Part shown: in pieces, positions 13,515 to 24,800 of the stretch
How positions within the stretch are numbered: the first letter of the stretch is position 1
Layout of the letters: each line of letters opens with the position of its first letter
The notes under the pieces: model-generated
Seen by the model: only the letters and a program-made list of their open reading frames with translations
What the model was told of the DNA's origin: nothing
Database searches by the model: none
Source: Mobula hypostoma
Lineage: Eukaryota
Direction of reading: 5' to 3'
Assembly: GCF_963921235.1 (NCBI RefSeq)
Contig: NC_086107.1
Coordinates: forward strand, 46,252,001 to 46,316,000
Length of the DNA: 64,000 nt
Position numbers and translations under genes: made by a program

Positions 13515-14518
13515 AACTGAAAGAAGAGCTGGTAAGAGATTTGAGAGTGGGAGGGGGAGGGGGAGATCCAAAATGATAGAAGAAGACGGGGGGGTGGAGG
13601 GATGGAGCCAAGAGCTGGACAGTTGATTGGCAAAAGGGATATGAGAGGATCATGGAACAGGAAGCCCAGGGAGAAAGAAAAGGGGGAGGGAGGGAAACCC
13701 AGAGGATGGGCAAGGGGTATAGTGAGAGGGACAGAGGGAGAAAAAGGAGAGAGAGAAAAAGAATGTGTGTATATAAATAAATAACGGATGGGGTACGAGG
13801 GGGAAGTGGGGCATTAGCGGAAGTTTGAGAAGTCAATGTTCATGCCATCAGGTTGGAGGCTACCCAGACGGAATATAAGGTGTTGTTCCTCCAACCTGAG
13901 TGTGGCTTCATCTTTACAGTAGAGGAGGCCGTGGATAGACATATCAGAATGGGAATTGGATGTGGAATTAAAATGTGTGGCCACTGGGAGATCCTGCTTT
14001 CTCTGGCAGACAGAGCATAGATGTTCAGTGAAACGATCTCCCAGTCTGCGTCGGGTCTCACCAATATATAGAAGGCCACATTAGGAGCACCAGACGCAGT
14101 ATATCACCGCAGCCAACTCATAGGTGAAGTGTCACCTCACCTGGAAGGACTGTCTGGGGTCCTGAATGGTGGTAAGGGAGGAAGTGTAAGGGCTAACATT
14201 GACTTCTCAAACTTCCGCTAATGCCCCACCTTCCCCTCGTACCCCATCCGTTATTTATTTGTATACACACATTCTTTTTCTCTATCTCCTTTTTCTCCCT
14301 CTGTCCCTCTCACTATACCCCTTGCCCATCCTCTGGGCTTCTTCCCCCCCCCTTTTCTTTCTCCCTAGGCCTCCTGTCCCATGATCCTCTCATATCCCTT
14401 TTGCCAATCAATTATCCAGCTCTTGGCTCCATCCCTCCCCCTCCTGCCTTCTCCTATCATTTTGGATCTCCCCCTCCCCCTCCCACTTTCAAATCTCTTA
14501 CTAGCTCTTCTTTCAGTT

Positions 14519-14554
14519 AGTCCTGACGAAGGGTCTCAGCCTGAAACGTCGACT
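14519..14554 (+). ncRNA. Minimal type I hammerhead ribozyme motif in Penelope pLTR
   Basis: AGTC-CTGACGA-AGGGTCTCAGCCT-GAAAC-GTC-GACT. Confidence 0.75.
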
Positions 14555-14974
14555 GTACCTCTTCCTAGAGATGCTGCCTGGCCTGCTGCGTTCACCAGCA
14601 ACTTTGATGTGTGTTGCTTGAATTTCCAGCATCTGCAGAATTCCTCGTGTTTGCATGTAACAATATCACCCTTCTCACATTATTAAAGTTGTTTGAAATG
14701 GTCATTAAGCCATTCCACTTTAAAGGAACGAGCAGTTCTTTTGCACTTCATGCCCTTTGCTTCCTTGGAATTCGACACAGTGAATCAATAATTTCTTCAA
14801 TAAAAACAGTATACATAAGCCAGTTCTAAAATCTACAGACAAATCATCACAAACTCCACATTGTCAACAGAGTCTGGAAAAGGAAATGTGTTTGTGTACG
14901 ACTGTGAAATATACTTAACATGCCAATGAGGTAGAGGGTGATAACCTTTCGTACAGAGTTTTGAATTGAATTGA

Positions 14975-15700
14975 CTTGACTTCACTTTACTTTACTTTAT
15001 TGTCGCCAAACAATTGATACTGGAGCATACAATCATCACAGCGATATTTGATTCTGTGCTTCGCGCTCCCTGGATTAGAAATCAATAGTAAATGTTAAAA
15101 ATTTAAATTATAAATTATAAATAGAAAATAGAACAGGGAAAGTAAGGTAGTGCAAAAAAACCGAGAGGCAGGTCTGGATATTTGGAGGGTACGGCCCAGA
15201 TCCGAGTCAGGATCCATTCAGCAGTCTTATCACAGTTGGAAAGAAGCTGTTCCCAAATCTTTATTTCTTACATCCTTCACATACATGAGGAGTAAATATC
15301 TTTATGTTACGTCTCCATCTAAATGTGCAATATGCAATTATAGTATTTTATAATAAATAGAACTGTCAATGTAAAATCAGCATGAGTTAATCAGTCTGAT
15401 TGCCTGGTGGAAGGAGCTGTCCCAGAGCCTGTTGGACTTTTATGCTGTGGTACTATTTCCTGGACGGCAGCAGCTGGAACAGTTTGTGGTTGGGGTGACT
15501 CAGGTCCCCAATGATCCTTCGGGCCCTTTTCTTACACCTGACTTTGTAAATGTCCTGAATCATGGGAAGTTCACAACTACAGATGCACTGGGCTGTCCAC
15601 AGAGTCCTGCGATTAAGGGAGGTACAGTTCCCATACCAGGCAGTGATGCAGCCGGTCAGGATGCTCCCAATTGTGCCCCTGTAAAAAGTTCTTAGGATTT
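14975..15700 (-). mobile_element. Two short Rex1/L2-like LINE 3' fragments
   Basis: 14975-15262 matches the 3' end and (CTTTA)n tail of the copy at 32795-33585; 15265-15700 is another decayed 3' end. Confidence 0.65.
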
Positions 15701-16195
15701 ACATTCTTTTGTGTGCTAGTAGCAAAAGATGTATGCATGCACACCTTAGAGGGAATATTGGTAACAGGTCCTTCTGGCCCACCAATCTTGCACCACACAA
15801 TTACATCCATCTGTACGTCTTTGGAATGTGGGAAGAACCAGAGCATGTGGACACAGGGAAGCCCATATGGTCACGGGGAGAGCATACAAACAGCAGCGGA
15901 ATTGAACGCAGGTTGCTTGTGCTGTAATAGCGTTACATGAACTGCTACACTACCATGCTGCCCTCAACTTGCCTCTTCTTTACCCAGTGGTTAATTAAGG
16001 GATGAAGGGCAATTTATTTTATAGCCAATTATATATCTATAATTCAACTCCTTTTTCCTAGAAGTACTTGTTTGATACTTTCAAATTCATGCTGGTTCTC
16101 GTAATCATTCTAGCCACCTGGTCCTCAATTATCAGAGTTTAACTTGTTCAATATTGTCCCTGGTACAAAGTATTTCAAAATTGTCTGTGTATCTC

Positions 16196-19100
16196 TGTTA
16201 TAACATGCACCCAGCCATGCATCTTCTGGGGTTTAGATGCTCTAACTTCCGGAATATAGATAGCTGGCGCAGCACCCTTAAAAAATTCAGGACTGTCCCG
16301 CTAATTGGCAGCCATGTTTTGGGTGCCAAGAATTGATAATTTAAGGAGCACCTGGACGAAGCCCAATGCTCATTGCTCAATCATGAGCCCAATCAGAGAT
16401 GTCGTCTAGTGTTTTGTTTTGTGCACAGTTCTTGATCCAGTTTTATTCTGTGTCTTAATCGTAGCCTCGGATATTCCAGCATTTGTGGCCAAACCATCCT
16501 TGTCAAGGACTCTCGTCACCATACGAGTTTGGACCCAGCAGGGCCTCAGAGTCTTTCATCCACCGTGACCAGCCACAGCAAGAAGCTTCGCAGACAGAGC
16601 CTGGAGATGCACAACCTCCAGGAAGCCTTTTGTCAACATTTTCACGGAGGAAGTCAAAGACACTTAGGGGAGTCTGTCAGTCGCTCTGCAGAGCATCTTC
16701 CAACCCCAGAGAGATTCAACGGTGACCCAGGCTCTTGCCGCAGCTTCCTCATTTAATGCTCATTAGTTTTCCAACTCCAGCCATCCCGGTTCCCTTTGGA
16801 GTGCGGAAAGGTGGCCTTCATTACCTCTCTCCTGGCCCGGGCCACTGCACATTGGGAACGAAGGTTGAAGGTTTGATCGGATTCGAAGGTGAGGAAGGTG
16901 TTCCATCACCCTGCCAGAGCCAGCTGAGCCTTGGACAGTCTGACGATGATTTGACAGGGCAGACGGTCAGCGGCCAACTATGCTATCAAGTTTCAGACCT
17001 TGGCCCAAGACAGTGGCTGGAACGGGGAGGCCTTGACCACTCTACACCACCACGGACTCTGAGATGAACTGACGGATGCCCTCACCTTGGGATAACCAGC
17101 AGAGGACCTAGAGGTTTGATTGACCAATCCATTCATCAAGAGGTCAAAGAGGGCTAGCACAAGGCCGGCCTCAGTGCATCACAGTTCCACCCCCAGTCTC
17201 AGACCGTGACCTCCTGCTCAGGATTCTGTCGAGCCCTTGCAAATTGGCCACATAAGAATCTCCGCCAATGAGAGGTTCTGGAGTTGAAGCCAGGGTTGCT
17301 GCTATTACTGTGGGAAAGCAGGTCATCTGCAGGTTGAAGATCCAAAGCTGCAGCTGTTGAGAGAACTGTCAGGACCGTCTGGTGTTGGGAGGACTGTGAT
17401 GATAGCAGCCACTACCCACAACCTCACAGATTTTGGTGTCACGCTGAGGGCGGAGATCTCCTGGGGTAAAAACCGACGAGAGGTGAATGCTTTTTTGGGC
17501 TCTCGGGGGGAGCTGGAAATTTCCTGGACTTGGGGACTGCATGTCGGCTCAACATACCACTGCAGGAGTTGAGTCAGCCCATGCCTGCAACTGTCTTGGA
17601 CGGCTGTCCACTTGGTTCCAGGCAGACAATGGTCTTGTGGATGAGGACAGACGATCATGCAGAGAACATTAGTTTCTATAATCATTGAGTCTCCTCATAT
17701 ACCCCTGATCCTCGGGCACGCTTGGCTGTCCCACAATAACCCTCCTGTGAACTGGAAGGAAGAGAGGATCATTGCATGGTCCAGTCGCTGCAAGAAGGTA
17801 TGTTTTTGACATGGTGTTCCGACCCCAGGACTCTCCTGAGACCAGCAGCCGATGAGGGGGCAGACTTCTGTTCAGGGTAACCTGAAGCCTTCAGGGAACC
17901 TAGACCTGCCTTCAAGAGCAGACCAGCCAGCTCCAGTCTAAAGGCCCATGTGAGTCCCAACCCTGTCCAGTCAGGGGTGCGTTGGAACTAGATCTCCAGT
18001 TCAGGAGCAAACCCAGGAGGTGCCCAAGCAGTCTGGAACTCCAGCCGCTAAGCCAGTTGCCAGCTCCCATCTAAGTGAAGGCTCCAAAACAGCCTAGTTC
18101 CAGAAGCACAACGACCATCTGTCGCACCTTGTTGCCGATGTCTGAGGAGATGGACGAGGAGTAGGACTGTGACTTAGCCTCTGTTTTCATTAAAGACTCT
18201 TGTGAACCTGTGGGGTCTGCTGAATCACCCCTGCTACCTAAGGAGCCTCAGAAGTCATCCTCAGAGCAAGGTTCAGGGGTAATAGCAGCACTCAAGCCAG
18301 TAGAAATCCCTTCCATCTACAAGAATTTGGAAGAGGTCTTCAGCTAGGGAAAGGCCTCGACTCTTCCACCGCACCACTGTGCTATAGATCTACTGCCTGG
18401 TACTTGTCCTCCGCAAGGTTGATTACATGTACTCTCAAGACTGGAGAGAATGGCTATGGAGAGGTATATAAAGGAGGCTCTTGCCCTGGGATTCATTTGG
18501 CCCTCCACCTCTCCAGCTGGTGCTGGCTTCTTCTTCATACATAAAAGGATGGCAGCCTGCAGCCATGTATTGATTATAGAGGGATGAATCACATACTGGT
18601 CAAGAATCATTACCTTCTTCCTCTCATAATCACTGCCTTTGAGAATCCCCAAGGGGCAAGTGTATTCTCAAAGCTAGACTTGTGGAGTGTGTACAATCTG
18701 GTTTGCATAAGGTCATACCTTCCAGGCCTTTAGAAGCGATGCGCTCTGGGATGCTCTCCATAACTATGCCTTTGTCTACTTGAATGACATCCTAATTTTC
18801 TCAAAGGCTGGGCTGCTTTCCCAGAACTCAAACAACAGTTCATGACAACACCCATTTTGGTTGGATCTAACCCGGATCTTCCCTTCATCATGGAGGTGGA
18901 TGGCTCAGACAACAAAGTGGATGCAGCATTATCTCAACGGGCACCTTCGGACAATAAACTGCACCCGTGTGTGTTCTTTTCCAGATGGCTGTCTCCAACA
19001 GAGGTGAACTACGACAATGGAAATCGAAACTGCTTGTGGTCAAGTTAGCTCTGGAGGAATGGCGTCATTAGCTTGAGGGGGCTGAGAGTGAATTGCAGGC

Positions 19101-20889
19101 AGGCCAGGTGATGTCTTTTCTTTAACTGCTTTAATTCCATCCTGATCTATCAACCAGGGTCATAGAACCAGAAACTGGATGCCTTGTTCTGTCAGTTCAA
19201 CGAACCCAAAAGAGGAGCAGCCTACTGAAATTTTTCCCCAGTTTGGGGAATCGACACACTAGTTCACAAGGCTCAGGCTCTAGGGGAGATTCCTCAGAAC
19301 GGCCCTCCAGGTTGGCTGTTCATTCCTAGTTCCATCCGATCTTTGGTTCTTCAATGGGGACATGCATTGAGAATGACCACTCACCCAGGGATTGCCAGGA
19401 CCTTCGAGTTCATTACCAGAAGATATTGGTGGCTTGGAATGGTGAGGGAGGTGATTCAATACGTGCAGGCATGCAAGGTATGCGCCCGGAACAAGGAACC
19501 CTGTACTCAACCTCAAGGGCACCTCCACCCTCTACCTGTTCTGGACAGATCATGGGCGCACAGCTCCATGAAATTTGTCATGGGTTTCCTCCTTCCAAAG
19601 GGAAGACTGTCGTCATGGTAATTGTACATTGTTTCTCGAGGGCCTGCAAATTCATCGCCTTAGACTGACTACCATCTGCAGCAGAATCGGCCAAAATCGT
19701 CCCACATCAGGTCTTCAGGATCCAAGGTTTTCCAGTGAACATTGTGTCATATCACGGTCCACAATTCATGTCATGTTTTTGGAGGGCGTTCTGCAAGCTG
19801 TTTGGGGTAACAACGAGTCTTTCCTCTGGGTTTCACCCACAGTCCAATGACCAGATGAACCAAGACTTGGAACGAACCCTCTCAGATGCCTGGCCTCTGA
19901 AAGATTGGATGAGTTGTGTGACCACTTAATGTGGGCAGAGGTTGCCAACAACACTTTATGGCACTCGGCACACAGGATGTCCCCTTTTGAATGCCATTTT
20001 GGGTATTTTCCATCACTCTCTCACTCTCCCTGAGCAGGAGGCCAAGGCTGGGGTTCTTGCAGCCGAAGAGCTTGTCCAAGTTGCAAGGAGAAATGGATTA
20101 GGGCAAGGGACATTTTGCTAGCTTCTACTTGTAAGGCTGAAATAAAGGTGAACAGCAAATAAGACAGGGACCAGTTTTTCAGCCTGGGCAATGGGTCTGG
20201 TTGTCGACTCAGGAATTACCTCTCTGAGTGGAGCCTAGGAAATTGGCACCCAAGTTCACTAGATCCTTTAAGATTCTCAGGAATGTAAACCTGGTGGCTT
20301 AGACCTTGTAGTTCCTCAAGACCCTCTAGATCAATCCCACTTTCCATATTTCCAAATTAAAACTCATAAACATCAGCCCTTTAGCCCCACCACCATCCAG
20401 GTTTGTTGATGGGGAACAGGTCTTCACCATGAGAAGTACTTTGGATTCACAAACTGTTCGGGGTGTTCAGCAGTTCCTCATGGACTGGGAAGGATTCGGA
20501 CCCAAGGAATGGTGCTGGGTTACTGAGAGGGACATTTTGAATCCAGCTCTCATCCACGACTACCTTCCAGGGCCGTCAGAAGTCAGCCGTAGGGGAGGGG
20601 GTCCTGTCACAACACACACCCGACCACACCAGCTTCCGGGGTTTAGACCTCTAACTCTCCAGAATTTGGATACCCTTGAAAGATTCAAGATGGTCCCTGT
20701 AATGGGCAATCATATTTTGGGTGCCAAGAATTGAGCATTTAAAGAACAACTGAATGGAGCTCAGTTGTAAGCCCAACCAGAGATAACATCTAGCATTCTG
20801 TTTTGTGCTCAGTTCTCGATCCAGTTTTATTCCATGTCTCGAATCTAGCATTTGAGTGAAAAGCATCCTTGCCAAGGACTCTAATCACA
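16196..20889 (+). mobile_element. Old Ty3/Gypsy chromovirus (sushi-like) LTR retrotransposon, decayed
   Basis: 5' LTR ~16196-16521 and 3' LTR 20605-20889, PPT AGGGGAGGGGG before the 3' LTR, 5-bp TSD ATCTC. Fragments: gag (DPAG..., PERFNGDPGSCRSFL), RNase H (18842-19048), integrase (HPGIART...RYWW, 19343-19621) and chromodomain (20429-20600). Confidence 0.9.
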
Positions 20890-21831
20890 ATCTCAGTTTC
20901 GAGGATAGAGAGGCAAAAGACACATACTGTAAAGTTGTTTCAGGTACTGCAGCCGTGTTCTCACATTGACACGAACCAGATATTCCAATGCTGCTGTCAC
21001 CCTGCTACTCCCCTTCATTTTCATATAACCAAGTACTTTGATCTGCAGGATGTGGAGCCTCCACCAGGTTTTTCTTTTCTGGTTATATCAAAATCATATG
21101 ACTTTATATTGACCTTATCTATTTTGACATCCATTCGTGCCTCCATCATGCTGGTGGTTGATTTTGATTTGATTATTTCCATTTCACTATCAGCCAGCTG
21201 GATGCTTTTTGCCACCACATTTTTAGATCCTTACTCCGACATAAATTCTTCATTGTCAAATACATAATTCCCTGCACCAGTATCTGTGACTTCTCTACAG
21301 TCCTCATTGGCACAGCTGACTTTGCCAATATAAAACACTAATGATTACCATGTCCATTTATTATTCTTCCCTGTAGAAATTACTCGTTCTTCAGCACTCC
21401 ACGGCACTTAATCTCAGATCAACATTTAACGTGGTCTCACTCTCTCTTTCTTCTCCTACTCACACTGTCTGTCTCTTTCTTTTTTAACTTCATTTTCTCT
21501 CATTCCCTCTCATTCCCTTCCTCTATCCCTCTCTTTCACTCTTATTTTTGACGCACTATGTATTTAAATAAATGCTCATTTCTAGAGTCTATTAATTTGA
21601 AATCTTGCCCCTTTTGGAATGTTGTTAAATTATGCTTAAACTATTTACTTCCCTAATCATATAACCTTTGTACCCTTCATATCAAATGAAGGTGAATGCC
21701 TCATTTAGTTTCACTTAGTAATTAAGCGTACAAAAGTTCGTGCAGTAATAGAAGTAAAATAGTTTTTCTACTTTAACTAAACTATTCATGGATATAGTCG
21801 GCAGAAAATGCTTTGAAAGGTTGATGCAAGG

Positions 21832-21880
21832 ATGAAAATTCTGACCCTTTGTGGTATTGTCTCACTTATTTCAGCATCAG
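21832..21880 (+). CDS. NCR3LG1: Exon 1: signal peptide [16 protein letters not shown](G)
   Basis: ATG at 21832, hydrophobic 16-mer, donor CAG|GTAAAG at 21881, phase 1. Confidence 0.8.
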
Positions 21881-24800
21881 GTAAAGTATTATGATCTAGG
21901 TTTACTTTTAAGACGCACTTAGACAGATGCATGAACGTACAGGGAATGGAGGGATATAGTCCTTGTGCGGGCAGATATGAAACTTAAATTTACCTCACAG
22001 GCAGCACAGACATCAAAGGCCAATGGGCCTGTTGTATTGTATTTTTCCATGTTTTATGTTCTGGGTACAGTATGTTCAGTTAAGGACTGCATCAGTGCTG
22101 CAACAGAGATCCTAGATTTGATCCTGACTTCAAGTGCTGTCTGTGAGGAATTTGTTCTCTTTGTGACCGTGTGGGTGGCCTCATTGCCAACTGAAAATTA
22201 CCTTGCAGTGTTGGCTGGTGGCAAGAGAATTGGGAGGGAGTTGGTGGACATAAAATACAGGGGCAGAATTAGGCCATTTGGCTCATAGAGTCTGTTCGGC
22301 TATTTCTTCAGGGCTGATCCATTTTCCCTCTCAGTCCCAATCTCCTGCCTTCTCCCTGCATCCCTTTATGCCCAGACTAATCAAAGACCTATCAACCTCT
22401 GCCTTAAGTATACCAAATGACTTTGCCTCTACAGATTCACCACTCTCTGGCTAAAGAAATTCCTCCTCATCTCCATTCTAAAAGGACACCCCTCTATTCT
22501 GAGGCTGTGTCCTCTGGTCTTAGACTCCCCCACCATAGGGGACATCCTTTCCGCATTCACACTATTGAGGCCTTCCGACATTCGATAGGTTTCAATGAGG
22601 TCACCCCTCATTCTTCTGAATTCCAGTGAGTACAGGCCTGAGACATCAAATGTTCTTATATGACAAGCTTTTCAATCCCAGAATCATTTTCGTGAACTTC
22701 CTTTGAACCTTCTCCAATGTCAGCACATCCTTTATTAGATAAGGGCCCAAAACTGCTCACAATGCTCCAAGTGAGGCCTCACCAGTGCTTTTAAAGCCTC
22801 AACATTACATCCTTGTTTTTATGTTCTAGTAATTCTTGAAATGAATGCTAACATCGCATTTGCCTTCCTCACCATTGACTCAACCTACACATTAACCTTT
22901 AGGGAATCCTGTACAAGGACTCCAACATACAAAATGCTGGAGGAACTCAGCAGGCCAGAAAGCATCTATGGAAAAAAGTACAATCAATGTTTCAGGCCAA
23001 AACTGGCCTATCCTTTCTTCTGCCTCTCTTCCTTCTTCAAGAGTGGCATGACATTTCCAATTTTCTATTCCTCTGGAACCATGCCAGAATAAATTGATTC
23101 TTGAAAGGTCATTACCAACGCCTCCATATTCTCTTCATCTACCTCTTTCAGAACCCTGGGGTGTACACCATCTGGTCCAGGAGACTCATCTACCTTCAGA
23201 CCTTTCAGTTTCCCAGGAACCTTCTCCCTATATAACCATGTAACCATATAACAATCACAGCATGGAAACAGGCCATCTCGGCCCTTCTAGTCCATGCCGA
23301 ACCCTTACCCTATCCTATTCCCACCGACCTCCACTCAGCCCATAACCCTCCATTCCTTTCCTGTCCATATATCTATCCAATTTAACTTTAAGTGACAACC
23401 TAGAAGCTGCCTCAACCACTTCTGCTGGAAACTCATTCCACACAGCCACCACTCTCTGAGTAAAGAAGTTCCCCCTCATGTTATCCCTAAACTTTTGTCC
23501 TCTAATTCTCAAACCATGCCCTCTTGTTTGAATCTCCCCCACTCTCAATGGAAAAAGTCTAACCACGTCAACTCTATCGATCTCCCTCATAATTTTAAAC
23601 ACCTCTATCTAGTCTCCCCTTAACCTTCTACGCTCCAAAGAATAAAGACCTAACTTGTTGAACCTTTCTCTGTAACTTAGGAGATGAAACCCAGGCAACA
23701 TTTTAGTAAACCTCCTCTGTACTCTCTCAATTTTATTGACATTCTTCCTATAATTCAGTGACGAGAACTGTGCACAATACTCCAGATTTGGCCTTACCAA
23801 TGCCTTATACAAATTCAACATTACATCCCAACTCCTATACTCAATGCTCTGATTAATAAAGGCCAGCAAACCAAAAGCTTTCTTCACCACCCTATCCACA
23901 TGAGATTCCATCCTCAGGGAACTATACACCATTATTCCTAGATGCCTCTGTTCTAAAGCATTCTTTAATGCCCTACCATTTACCATGTATGTCCTATTTT
24001 GATTAGTTCTACCAAAATGTAGCACCTCACATTTTTCAGCATTAAACTCCATCTGCCATCTTTCAGCCCACTCTTCTAACTGTCCTAAATCTCTCTGCAA
24101 GTTTTGAAAACCTACCTCATCATCTACAACACCACCTATCCTAGTATCATCTGCATACTTACTAATCCAATTTACCACCCCATCATCTACATCATTAATA
24201 TATATTACAAACAACATTGAACCCACTACAGATCCCTAGACTAACAGCTTCACACATTTCTGCCCCCTGACACGCTTGAATTTCCAGCATACTGTTAGTG
24301 TCTTCCACAGTGAAGACTGATGCAAAATACCTATTCAGTTTGTCTACCATTTCCTTGTCCCCCATTGCTACCTCTCTAGCATCATTTTCCAGTAGTCCGA
24401 TACCTACATGTGAGGGTGAATAGATTGCAGGGAAAGTAAGAGAAGGAAGATAATTGATAGAATTCCTTTGCCTGGGGTTGGCATTGACTCAGTGGGTTGA
24501 ACAGTTCTCTGTGTAGTAGTAAGTATTTCAATGACAATATGCAAGTGGATAAATAATGAATGGAAAGGCTTGACAATTAATATGTGTACTTCCTCACAAA
24601 GAAACTTACACATTTTAATTGTCCAGTCTTTCTGTTCACTCATTATCCACTTGCATATTGTCATTGAAATACTCATTAATGCATATAAAAATCACAAAGT
24701 GATCTGTAATAAATATTAGGACAATGTGTTCAGATCGATGAGTGAAAAATAATGCCATGAAAGTGTACACTGATAGCTGACATCACGGCCAGACCTGAAA

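Larger units (their letters stand above)
13422..14653. mobile_element. Penelope-like element, fold-back copy (inverted pseudo-LTRs around a GIY-YIG C-terminal fragment)
   Basis: ~13422-13845 is the reverse complement of ~14196-14610. Flanked by a 12-bp direct repeat CATGTAACAATA (13410-13421, 14654-14665). Confidence 0.85.
13198..15760. mobile_element. hAT non-autonomous element of the same family as 11910-12254, opposite orientation, with nested insertions
   Basis: TIRs CAATGTTCCCTCTAA / TTAGAGGGAATATTG; 8-bp TSD GTAACAGG (13190-13197, 15761-15768). Terminal ~70 bp match the MITE ends. Confidence 0.85.

Noticed and set aside
20869-21267. 132-aa + strand ORF upstream of the gene
   Set aside because: Starts inside the LTR, has no recognisable domain and no convincing splice link to the gene.
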